Shown here in pieces: positions 26,213 to 38,177 of a DNA stretch of 64,000 nt. The translations under genes and the position numbers were made by a program. The stretch comes from Lepidodermella squamata (taxonomy: Eukaryota > Animalia > Gastrotricha): positions 1,240,001 to 1,304,000 of the forward strand of contig JBLDXI010000024.1 of NCBI GenBank assembly GCA_047495785.1, written 5' to 3'. Position 1 is the first letter of the stretch. Every line of letters starts with the position of its first letter. A model generated the notes under the pieces. It saw only the letters and a program-made list of their open reading frames with translations. It searched no databases and was not told where the DNA came from.

Positions 26213-26586
26213 ATGAAATACGGACTGGTTGCTTTCGTTTGCGTTTTCTCGATCGTTGCGGAAAGGTCACTATGTTTTACTTCCCAGCATATGAATTTCA
26301 TCCCGCAAATGAGTTTCCTTATGGGTCACGTGGCATCTCTAAATACTGACTTCGGGCAAAACATGACTTCGAGTGAAGCCGGACGAAAAATGTTTCAACT
26401 TACGGGCAAATATTGCATTTCATGCTTTAGGGCAAGTTGATAGGAATTATCTTTGAATGAAACAATAATTTATGATTTCAGGGCGATTCGTCTAGAATGC
26501 TGCGATGTTTGGGCCTCGGAACTGTCCTACAACGGGTGAACACACTTATGCGATATTGCCCTGACATGTATTGGCCAATGAACTGA
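26213..26586 (+). CDS. Secreted 4-Cys family member 7 (exons 26213-26431, 26482-26586; GC-AG intron)
   Basis: Signal peptide; YCISCFR|GDSSRMLRCLGLGTVLQRVNTLMRYCP; donor AGG|GCAAGT at the family-conserved intron position. Confidence 0.8.
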
Positions 26587-27127
26587 TATAGCCGAATCAT
26601 TGATGTCATCAGGGGACAAACCCTGTCAGTCATATCATTTCTGAACTGTATCTTCGCCTAGAAAATTTTCCATTTCTTAACTGATGTTGATTGTCTCTTC
26701 GTACTTTGCGAAGGTGAAAATAAATAGATGATTATGGAAGCTTCTCTAGGATGTTCGATAATTCGCCCTGTAAATTCCTAAGTCTGCTTCTTAAGCCAAC
26801 CTACAGTCGGAAATAGCTACAACCCACGAAAAATCGCTCAAGCGATTAGATTTAACTATAAAAACCAAGTCTGTTAGCTGTGACATGTCAAAGATCAATT
26901 TTCAGCTTGCCAATCCCAATAAATGTAACTCGATTTAGTCTGCAGGTTTCCGCTAATACATGCGACGTCGGGATCATCTTATGGAGTGACTTCATTACGA
27001 AGAGGCACATGCGTAAACACCTTGATACCTTGACGTTAATTGATCATCTGGAAAGTCGTTGAGCACGTTCTCTAGTTCACATATTTTTATCTCAACCTTA
27101 CGGGTGCAAAAAAACACATTTTTAGCC

Positions 27128-27481
27128 ATGAACAATTTTGAGAAGTTAACCATCCTCGCGCTAGCGATCTCAACCGCAAGTTATTTCATCGACGCTAAGT
27201 CCGAGAATGGTGTTGATCACGCTGGATCGGCTCGAATTGACCATCTGATGAAGCAGCTCCTCGTGGCGTTGGTTACGCAAGATCCCAAGTCGAAGGACTC
27301 CATTTCGTTGGTTGAAATCGCCGAGCAAGTGCGCGAGCTGTCGGGTCGACTCTGCGTCGGTTGTTTCCGATCCGACTCCGTCAGGATGCTACGCTGTCTG
27401 AGTCAAGCGCCGTTCCCCGAACGTGTTAAAACGATCCGAGAACGCTGTCACATCGCAAGAAGACTCTCAACAATGTTTTGA
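27128..27481 (+). CDS. Secreted 4-Cys family member 8 (intronless)
   Basis: Signal peptide MNNFEKLTILALAISTASYFIDA; LCVGCFRSDSVRMLRCLSQAPFPERVKTIRERC. Confidence 0.85.
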   Translation: MNNFEKLTILALAISTASYFIDAKSENGVDHAGSARIDHLMKQLLVALVTQDPKSKDSISLVEIAEQVRELSGRLCVGCFRSDSVRMLRCLSQAPFPERVKTIRERCHIARRLSTMF

Positions 27482-28980
27482 GACTTCATCATTTCCTTAC
27501 TTAAATAGACATAAAGACTTGATTGTTTTTTCTTTATCTATTATGCTTTTTTCGATATTTTTTTGCTGGCCAATTGATTTGAAGGCTTAATTTTAATAAA
27601 ATAACTTCAAAGGGAAACAAACTTGTTTATTGTGCGAAATTCTCATTGAGATTCACAAAAATGATAATATATGCAGTAGAAGTAATCCCACACTTGATCT
27701 TTCCGGAATCTTTCATATTTCAGCCAGGTTTCATCTTTCAACTGATCTGCCAAGAATCAGCGTTGAATTTTCAACATTTTTACCCTCCATCTTTGGGATT
27801 TTTTCCCATTTAACCTCCCTAAAATGGGTACACTTTTCGGACTGATGATTGTCAGTCACCTGATACTCACTCCTTATAAGTCGATCATCTCAAAACGGGT
27901 ATAATCACTCTTCACCGAGTTTTTCTGTCAAGGATTTTGGGAATGTTGAGCATAGCGGTTTGGAATGATCTTTAAGCTTTAGGTTTTACATGCTTATAAA
28001 CTGATCATTAATATGCTGCCTCCTTAATATTTGCCATCTCCAGCGATTTTTCATTATTATTAGAAAGTTGTAATCAGCGACCAGTCAAAGCAGCAGATCA
28101 AGATCCAAGCCGAAAGGCCTGTCGTTTTTTAGCTGTTTTACCGTGTCAAATTTTGTTTCGGACTAATCCATATGCATAGACATAAAGTATGTATGTCCTA
28201 TGTCTCAACGCCCATATGCGATAGTGATCTCGAGTTCATTTTCGACGATTTTTAGACATCTCTTAGAGTTTTTGTACTTAGTACAATCAATCCTTCAATA
28301 TAAACATCATGCTCTAAATTCTAAACATTTGTAGTCTGCAACCAGTTAGCGACGAGTCAAGGCGTAATCACATAGGATAACGGACTTACCCCTCAAAATT
28401 TGATTACTAGCTTATTCCACTCTTTCAGACAAATTGATAGTTACTAGTTGATTTCGAGGCTTGAGCGAGGCATACCCGCATTTTGCAGCTCGAACAATCC
28501 AGGGCGCTTTTTTATCATGTGGGGTTTCTTCGAAATAAGGTCAACGTCTGGCATCTCAAGCGGCTCCAAAAGACGTTCCAATTAGTAACGCTTTTAAAGA
28601 GATTTTCTTACTTATTGCCATGAAATCCTTAATTGAATTAGATTGTTATATTCTTCAGCATAATCTGTTTCGATTCGCTTCCACGACCGAGCAGTCAGAT
28701 CTCCCATTTCCGGCGCCCCATGAGCCCCCAATTTGAGGACGATGGAGAAAACTTTATTAAAGTTCGTTGCTTGCGGTTTTACACTTGACACGCTCCTAAT
28801 GAGCCTAATTGATTGGGACTGTTTTATTAGATTTTTATGTCCGTTAATTGAATATAAAGAAATGCTAACCTCGCGGTCGTTTTCTTCAGCTAATCCGAGA
28901 TGACACGCAATAATTGACAAAATAAATCACTAACAAATCATTGATGAGTGCGGTGCATTGTCTCCTTACAGATATTGAAA

Positions 28981-29277
28981 TCAAATTGAGGTGGAATGTA
29001 TCGGTGGTATAGTCATCGCCGGCATTTGAAAGTCCTCCTCCGAAACTAGCAAATGATGGGACGTCTTGTTCGATGTCTTGAAGCATAGTAAAGCAGTTGA
29101 TACCGCTACGAGATTTCCGCAGAATAAACCGAGGATGATACCGAGTCCTATAGCGCCATCGCCTCGGTTTGACATGTAACCGAGGAGGCCGCCGATGAGG
29201 CTGCCTAGAATCATGGCTAAGATGGATGCCGTGATTGTGCAGAACATGCCGCCCGGAGTGTGAAATTTTATCGCCAT
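28981..29277 (-). CDS. Small glycine-zipper membrane protein, paralog 3 (intronless)
   Basis: MILGSLIGGLLGYMSNRGDGAIGLGIILGLFCGNLVAVSTALLC aligns with paralogs 1 and 2. Confidence 0.75.
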   Translation of the reverse strand: MAIKFHTPGGMFCTITASILAMILGSLIGGLLGYMSNRGDGAIGLGIILGLFCGNLVAVSTALLCFKTSNKTSHHLLVSEEDFQMPAMTIPPIHSTSI

Positions 29278-29725
29278 TTTAGCTCGCAAGTCTTTTTACG
29301 AGTTATGAGCACAGTTGTTCACATAGTTTGGGTTATATTCCAAGGATTGGTTCTTCTACTCATATTCCCCATTTTTACATAATAACGAGGCATTTTTCAC
29401 GATGTTTGAGACACAAGACAAACTAGCGAGGGGTCGTAATACCTCATTAAATTGTATTTAATCGACGCTGAATCTCGTTTTTCGAGCCTAGAAAACCACT
29501 GAACTAAAAAAATGAAAATTAGGAGGAAGGCACAAAATTTGTACTTCATATTTTGTCTCGAGTTTTATGGGGAAAAACGAAGTAATTGATGTCTCATGAG
29601 TAAATTTGGACGGTGCAGCATTTATTCGCTATTTGCGATTTTACCAAAGACACTAAAAGGTTTCTTGGGGAACCTTGAAAAAACCCCGATGTTAACTATT
29701 GTTCGGGGATTTTCGGGATTTTCAT

Positions 29726-29790
29726 GAGTGTGCCAAGTGCGCACCCTAATTTTAGGGCTCCAGCACTAAATTTGAGACTCCAGTACTAGA
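29726..29790. repeat. MULE-TIR-like fragment
   Basis: GAGTGTGCCAAGTGCGCACCCTAATTTTAGGGCTCCAGCACTAAATTT resembles the TIR of the 3192-5112 element. Confidence 0.55.
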
Positions 29791-30963
29791 TTTTCCCTAA
29801 GTATGGTTTTTCGAGTTTCTAGTCTTCACTAGAATCTCAAAATTTTAGTCATCAAGCCTAACCGATAGACCTTCATATTACGCGTATTTTGCGCTATGAG
29901 CTGTCAGGTTTCGAATTATACTTTATCTTTTAGAGCGGATATCAGCCGTCTTGGAACCCAGCATCGATAATTTTTCTACGTAGCTACGTAGAGCACCATG
30001 TAACATAAATCCTAGGATCGTGGAGGGCATCAGTATCGATTAAAAAATGAAATCGCCGAAATCGCAAAGAATCTGAAAAATGTGGTGCCGGAATCTCATT
30101 TTTATTTGTGCAAATATTTGGACCCTATTTTTAGTGGGACAAATTTCGCCGGATTATTTAATTTTATTGACATGTTCAATGGTTGATTACTATTTTCATG
30201 GCATTTTTTTAATTTTCTTTTATTTTCTTTTATCGTGTTTTTTCTTTGTTCGCGTTACTCATGGGACGCTCTGTATTTGATGGAGGTGGAGGGACGGGTT
30301 GTTGAAATGTAACCGCCGTTACCGAATGCATTTCGTTTATCGATCAAAATATTCGAAAAATTAACTACCGAAAAATATCCGAATATCAACACTCAGAAGG
30401 GCATTCCGGCAGCCGATAATTGTTGCTCCGAATATTTGGTTTAATTGCATTGTTGAGAAGTCACATAAATGTCAAGCCGAATCGCTGGCGCTCATTTCTT
30501 ACTCCTGATTGTTGTTTTAGCCGATGATACACATAATAATATGCTGAGCGCCAAATTTAAGCGCAAACACAACTTGCTGTTGTCGCCTTCTTCTCGCGAG
30601 ACAACACACCCAACAATTACGCGACTCCCCCGAAGCAACAATCGACATTGCGAGCGAACGCGCAATTCGGCAATCATTATAATGATGTGGGATGTGGGCG
30701 AAAACAGCAGATATGAAACAAGTCGATTAGCATTCGCATCCACCGCAGCGCAGTTGGATAAATTCGATAGCGCTGGAGGAAATTCATCTCGTTATATTGC
30801 TTCCAGGAGTAAAACTATGATAAATAATTCATGCGTTGCATTTCTCAAATTTTTTCCATCATTGATCCCCTTTCTCAGCCACCGCCTTATAGTAACCAAT
30901 TTTCGATTCAAATTGGAATCAGAAACTCAGAAGATCCAGAACAGCAAATACCCAAAATAACAA

Positions 30964-31120
30964 GCGCGACAAAACAGCAAATTTTTCTATTTGCGACATA
31001 ACAGCAGAAACACGATGGACTTTTTAATTAGTAAAAGTTTTCGCTGTTTTGACGCGAAATAAAAAATTGCTGTTCTGTCGCATTCGCTGTTCTGCGAAGT
31101 TGCTGTTTTGTCGCCGCACC
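30964..31120. repeat. Dispersed repeat with internal inverted GCGACAAAACAGC units (copy 2)
   Basis: Matches 7068-7219. Confidence 0.7.
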
Positions 31121-32497
31121 TTATTACGGGGTATTTTTTAGTTTATTATTTGGTTCCCATTATTATAATCGATAAAAGTAGCGATGATGATCAACAATCA
31201 GCAGCAACAAACAGTGCTGTTGACTTCCCTTTTTAAGGTTCCTGTGACCAATCGATCGCAATGCTTTCGTCACACTCCTGCTTTCGCGTAAATAGTAACC
31301 AACGTTGCCGGAATAGAAATAATTCTCTGCGCAAAAAAATTAATAAGAAATTGACGTCACTCGGGGAGTGTGTGTATATAGTAGCGCACGAGTGTTGTAA
31401 AAATATTCGCGGCCACAAATTTTTTCAATTTTTATATCGTCGTCAGATAATTATTTTCTCGATAATATATTCTCGAGAATAAAAGAAGGCCAAATCGCTG
31501 ATTGAAAAATATTATTATCGCTTTTAATGACTGTTGGCGTAAATGGCCTCTGTGACTAGGGCGCGCGGGATGAGGAGGAAGTTCACGAAAAATGCATCCT
31601 CCTTCATCCCCGTGATCGCGGCGCATAATTTCGATGGTGCCGCGCGCGCGCGCAACAACAATCCGCGCGCAAAAATCGAAACGCGCTATTTGCGCGCAAA
31701 ATTTTTCATGCGCGCGCTCGTCGTATAACTTTGTTTATTGTACTTCGCCCTGCTTTAATAGCGCCATCGTATTTTGTGGCGAAAAGGGCTTATCATAATA
31801 ATAACAACATTGTATGAGACGTTGCAATTCGCGTCGATGTTGCTGCTCGACTGCAATCGAGAGTGAGCGAGTGGGGGACAGTATGATGTGTACATCGCAG
31901 ACGCATAGAAAATGTTTTAGCTTTTATATTCTGTGCGAAATCGATCGCCGCTGACTAGTTCCGCCCTGTGCGCACATGCCGCCTGTATGTGTTTACGCAT
32001 ATATTACACGCGACATGCCTAAAATAGTCGATATTCTGCGCGCTTGCTTAATAATAACGCAACTACGCGCGCTGGTTTCACGCGAGCGAAAAAATTATTA
32101 TTATTATTATTATTATTTTTATAATTTCGCATGTCGATCCTTTTTTCGCGTGTACATACATAGTGCAGAAGAGGCGAATCCACTATATCGCACATGAATT
32201 GTTATTACAACTACTCAATGACAAAAAAATTCTAGTTGGCCAGTCGATTCTCATCGCCAATTTGAAACCTGACATTTATATGTATCTCAACAGGTGCTGC
32301 ACTTGAGTGATTTTTATTAGTATTACAGCCGCCGGCTGTTTAATCTATTTCATATTATGAAAAAAAATCGTTTATATCAAATCCTTTTCGCATACGATAT
32401 TGCCCTCGCATCCTTATAAATTTTTTACGCTATACTCACCTTTATCAATCACGCTTTTTGTCTTTGTCAAAAAAAATACACTGCTATAATAATAATA

Positions 32498-35400
32498 ATG
32501 GCAGGTCGCGCATTCGCGTTTCGTTCTGCCTCTGAGGATCGTAAACAATTTGACTACGATAATAATGATTTTAGTTACCACGCGCCGCCGGTCGCTACAT
32601 TAAGTAGTTTAAAAGCCGCTCTACTACCGAAACCGCAGTCGATCGAGATGTCGTTCTCGATGTTTAAGGAGAACTTCTCCTCCGGCATCAAGTCGATCAG
32701 CCGCCGGTTAAGTTCGTCCGACATTCCGTCGGATGTTCAGGACGATCCGAATCAACCGCAGCAACAGCCGGGCCAGGCGGCAGCGGCTGCGGCGAGGCCT
32801 TATTACCAGCAACAGGTCGCGCAGTCCGGCAGCCAGCAGCAATTATCGCAGCCGCAACAGGCGCAGAGCCAACGGCCGACAAATTTGCCGACGACACAAC
32901 AGCCGGCTCAGGCGACGTCGAAAATGGCGAGTGCACCGGCCTCGCCGCAGCAAACAGCTGTTCCGCAGTTTGCTCGCGGGCTCTTTTCAGCGGCTAGCAA
33001 TTACGTGACGGCCGCGGTGGGGTCTGGAGGACCAGGTGGGAAGGATGGTGCGAATAAGGGCGGCAAGGTCGTGCTGGTTGTCGATGATGAAGGCAACGAC
33101 TGGTCGCGGTTTTTTCGCGGCAAGAAAGTTAACGATCAAGAAATTCGCCTCGAACAGGTTGGACCTATTTCTCATTCATCGGATATTTTTTTATTGTTAG
33201 GAATAGTTTAATTTTGGGTTTTGAAGAAAAAAATATCGTCATTGGGCTAATGAAACCCGCTAAGTCTACAGGAAAAATCCTATGTACTTAGCGGGTTTCA
33301 TTAGCCCAGCGGCGATATATTTAAAATTCCTCCTTAATGAAAAAATGCGAATTTTTCCGCATCAGTGTTTTCTATGGTTCTGGTGCTCTGGGTTACTTCA
33401 AACTTTCAGGAATTTGATTTTTGATTTTTGAATTTCGATAGCAAATTAATTCTCATTCTAATTCGTCAGCATACTATTGTTTCAAAATTTTTGAAATATA
33501 GGTATGCGGCATATTTTCGTATTTTAAGGAGCATTTAAAATTCTAGTGGTTTTGAAGTACATCTCGCAAGCTGGCCGCTAATTAGCTCAATGGCGGTGAG
33601 ATCCATCGGTTAGGCATGATTAAGACAAATTGAGGCATTTCCAGGGAGCTCGAACTCGAAGCCTGATTTTTGGAAATCTCGTGTTGGAAACCAACGTTTA
33701 GGGCGTTCACTTGATACACCCAAAAATGTATTCGAATTCTCGGTCATTAATAGATGATAGCTGAAAAATGACTAGCTATAACCAGCTGATATCTATTCAT
33801 CATTTCGACGATTTTTAGACAATTTTCAACTTTTACAATTCATATTATAAATTTTATAAATTTTATAAAAAAAATCTGGTGAAAAATTTGCTCTTCAACA
33901 AACCTTCAAAAATTCTCAAAAATCATTCCACCGATTTTTTTTAGTTCCAATGTTATCCAATTTTATCCGAGATTATTTAGAGCATACCTTTTTATTATAC
34001 ATTATACCATTTATTATATTTTTCTAGGCTGAATTTCGAGAATTGCATTTGGTCAGCATGCCACGCGGTGAGGTCGTCGTTGAAATTCACGCTCAACGAG
34101 GCGGCGCGACAGTTCAGCGCTACTTCAAGCCCGATATCGTTCTAGTTCGCCAACACGTCCTCAACGACCAACCAGGCCGGTTGGCTAACGACGACAATCG
34201 GCGGCTGATTGTCGGCCTTGACACCGCTGGAATGCCCGCTGTCAACTCTCTCGCCTCGATTTACAATTTTTCCGATAGAGGCTGGGTGGTAAATTTGAAA
34301 TTGTCGGAGAAAAATCGCTTTTTTTACATGTCATTTTTTATTCAGTACTCGAACTTATTAAAAATTCAACGCCGATTTGGTGCTGAGCGCTTTCCCCTCA
34401 TCGAGAAATCTTTTTATGCAAATTATCAAGAATTGGTGAGTCAATCGTGAAAGAAAATATCGATTAACCAACCCATTCATTATTTTTAGATCGAATGCCC
34501 GCCTACATACAAGGGCCCGCTCGTGATTAAAACCGGCAATGGCCACATCGGGCTGGGGAAAATGAAATTGGACGCTGGACTGGACATACGAGAAATCGCC
34601 CACCTGTTGATGGGCAGCACAACGGGCGGCCAGTGCTACCTGACCGTCGAGCCTTTCATCGAAGCCCGAGCTGATATTTACATCATTAAAATCGGAGCTG
34701 CTTATCGTGTTTACGCGTAAATTAAAATTTGAAAAAAATTGAATTTATTTTAATAATTTTATTAATTTTTTAAGGCGAAGATCAGCGCACGGCCACTGGA
34801 AGGCGACTGTTGGTCCGCAGCAAATGGAGACATTACAGCTGAATGATCGTTACAAATTTTGGGCCGATCAATGTGCTGAGCTGTTCGGCGGCCTTGATAT
34901 AGTCGCAATTTCAGTGATGCAGGCGAAAGATGGTCGCGAGTTCATTGTCGAGGTTAAAGATTCAACTGCACAATTGTCGCAAGAGGGCATCCACGACCCG
35001 GAGCGCCAACTTATTGCCGATTTATGCATTTCGAAGCTCAGCTACTTTTCGCGAGATACTACGCTAAGGTAAGATGCGGAAAAATCTCAATTTCGCACAT
35101 CACAATAATATATAGTGAAAAATCACGCTTGACCTAATTTAATTGAATGAGGCGATGAATGAATCATAAAAAATGGGTTTAATCTATATAATAATGGCTT
35201 CATTATCGTCCGTAGAAATGCGCAGCAATTTCGAAACAGGTTTATTTGTTTGAAAAACTTAATTTGTATGCGCTTCAATAGACGCATAGTTTGCCCTATT
35301 ATTGCGACTTGATGAATTTTTTCCGAACGCTTTTCCACATTTATGATGACAATTTTTTTATTTTTTGAAATTTTTCTTCTTCTTCATCTTTAACTTTGTG

Positions 35401-37082
35401 TGTGTATTATTCAAAAAAGCATGGAGCCATTAAGCGTATCCACCGATCCAGTCGTTATCAGGCACAGGTAAAGTCCCATCTCATGCACTCTGAGCCCGCG
35501 GGACAACAAATCATATGCTTCTATGTTCTGTAATAAATTCGACTAAATTTGTGCTTGAATCCTATATATAAGAAAAAATCTAAATTTCATTTCAAATCTG
35601 AGCGCCTTGTTTTGTTCGTCTAAAACCTATATAAACCACAGCCTTCAGCTGATTTCTATGCTTCGGCTTTGCATCTTTCAGTTAATCTATGACATTCCAC
35701 AACTATCGTTGCAAAATTTGGGATTTTAATTAAAAGCTCCGCACGCTTGATATTCGGGTGCTTTCATGTCTATGTAATTTAGACTTAAATTTTGTAAGGT
35801 GCTTTGTTATGTGAGACGGATGCATGATTATTCTGTGAGGTGGGAAAGTCGTTTCCCACATATTATAAGGACGCACGAGAAAATATGTCGATTCGCATGA
35901 TTGATTTCTAGTGTAAATTGATATGTTGGGAATTTCGATTGATTTTAATTTCGAATTTTAGAACGACTAGCCAGAGCCAACAATCGTCACCTGCAGTCGG
36001 TGGACCTGGCACCCCGGTTCAAAAGCAGATTTCAGCGTCTCAGCCGTCATCAGCCTACGCATCACCTGGGCAACAACCGCCACCGCCGCCTCAACAGCCG
36101 GCTCCCCAGCCACCTCCACAGCAACCGGCGCCGGCCGCTCCGAGGCCTGTAGCCCCGCCTCCGCCTGCCCAGGTGCATCAGCCAGCGCCTCCAGCTCCGA
36201 GACCGGCTGCTCCTACCCCACCGCCACCACCCCCACAACCTGTCCATGCTCCGCAACCTCCACCACAGATTCCCCCGCCGAGTAGCCAGAACCCGTTCTT
36301 AGCTGATTTAGCTAAACCGCCAGCCCAGCAACAGCCGCCTCTGGTTCCAACGCCGGCACCGGCCCCAGTCCCACCGCCACCTGCTTCAAGGTTAGTTTGA
36401 CTATAGGCGTGTCAAGTGGACACCCTAAATTAGGGTTCCAGCTGGTTCCAGCGCTTAATTTTTCGCCATGTTAACGATATCGATTCCAAGTATCGATTTT
36501 ACAAATCAGTAATTTTTCCTATTTCGCCAGGCCAACATTAGAGAGGTTTCTATCTGAGAGTTAGCCAATCAAAAATTTAGAGCTGGAACCTTTAGTTTGT
36601 TGGTGAAATATAGGAATATATTCAACTGATTGATGAATTTATTTTTTAATTTTTAAGGAATGATTATGAGTCACCTTAATCAATTTTTTAATGGATTTAT
36701 TTTCTTCTACAGCGCGAACCTCCCACGCCAGCCTAGTTTGCAGCAAAGTGGACCTGGGCCCCAGGCGCCGGCACCGCCAGCGGTTCCAGCGCCACCGCAA
36801 CCTCAACAGCAACGACCCCCTCCGCCGGTTCCACCACCCGCTCGACAGGCTAGCGTGACCGGGTCGCAGCCGCCACCTGTCCCGGCGCCACCGGCCCATG
36901 CGGTTCCGCAACGACCGGTACCACCGCCGGGTCAACCAGCGGTTCCACCTCCGCCACCCTCGGCTGCTTCGGCCCGTGGCGGCCAGGCGATGGCTAACAA
37001 GTCGCAAAGCCTGATGGAAGACACGGAAGATACGATGAAAAATTTAAAGAAAACATTCGCCGGAATATTTGGCGAAATGTAA
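32498..37082 (+). CDS. Syn: Synapsin (exons 32498 or 32648-33157, 34028-34288, 34346-34435, 34490-34716, 34775-35068, 35962-36390, 36713-37082)
   Basis: Domain A FKENFSSGIKSISRRLSS (PKA site); C domain LEQ|AEF, FKPDIVLVRQH, PAVNSL, FPLIE, TVEPFI, WADQCAELFGGLDI; Pro/Gln-rich D region; E domain EDTMKNLKKTFAGIFGEM. Confidence 0.96.
33233..33318. repeat. Intronic hairpin (inverted repeat)
   Basis: TGGGCTAATGAAACCCGCTAAGT pairs perfectly with ACTTAGCGGGTTTCATTAGCCCA; the stem extends imperfectly on both sides. Confidence 0.85.
36406..36600. mobile_element. MULE-related non-autonomous element in synapsin last intron
   Basis: GGTTCCAGC...AATTT / AAATTTAGAGCTGGAACC motifs; internal CGATATCGATT..AA.TATCGATTTTACAAATCA shared with 62924-63190. 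Confidence 0.55.
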
Positions 37083-38177
37083 CATCAGTATATATATAGA
37101 TATCGAGGATTTGTATATATGCAACTCTAGCAGAATTTTCAAATATGATTAACGAATTCTATCACCACTGCCCTGATCATCGCATGAACGGCGTGTATTA
37201 TGAAGGAAAATTCCACCTCGAAAATTTCTCGTGTACGGTGAGTAATATTTACTAAAATTTTGCAGTAATAAAAATTACCTTTAAATTATCAAAAAATAAC
37301 TGTCTCGAAAAAATGCTTTTTCCAACCTTCTGATATAGTCTCATGGTTTCCAAATTTCACCCATACATTCGGATCCATCTATTAGCATAAATAATATCAG
37401 AAAAATCGTCTGTGATGCCATACAAAAAATCGCTCCTCTTCTCTCTCATCATTTCGTTATATATTAACTGAAGTAAATTTATACGCATAATTTTCTAAAA
37501 TAGCGCGGTTTCAATTTCAAATTTTACGTTGTCAACCACTGCCCTTCATAGTTTGAAACCGCCGCCAATACTCTGTCCTTCTTGAGTGTGAATAGCGAGG
37601 TGCGACGTATCCTTACTTGCTTTTACACGCTTTTTTGAACAAAAAACTCGTCGGTTCACTCTCTCTGATCCCCGCGCCGACGAACGTCTTGACCAGCGTC
37701 AGTTTTTTGCCGTGCGTTAACCTGTTGATAGCTTTATTTTCCGTCTGATGATTCATCAAAATTCGTATGTAAATTTCTAAACTTATCGATCGAATAAATT
37801 GCGGCATCTGTAAACAAACTATTGCTGTAATATATCAGTGAAAAAAATGATTTATTGGCAATTGCTTGAAAATAAAATGGAAAACAGAATTGCAATTTTT
37901 TGTGACAACATTTTCTTCGAATTTTTCTTCGAATTTTTTTTTTATAAATTTCAGGAGACCTTCGACTGATCGAAGTTCGGCCATTACCTTAAGGCACCCT
38001 ACTGTGAGCACCAGTGACTGATGGATCGATAGCACTCGAACGATGGCATGAATAATTTACCTGAGCTACCCATCGATTTTGTCGCGAACCACAACGCAAA
38101 TGAAATAAAGCTTAAAATCTGAGGGTTGAAAAATAGAAAAAATAATTTTTCAATAAATTTTAGTCTGCGTTGGAACA

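Noticed and set aside
30469-30960. 163-aa ORF upstream of synapsin
   Set aside because: Composition looks like translated non-coding DNA; no domain or paralog.
36062-37007. Arg/Trp-rich minus-strand ORFs
   Set aside because: Antisense shadows of the Pro-rich synapsin exons.
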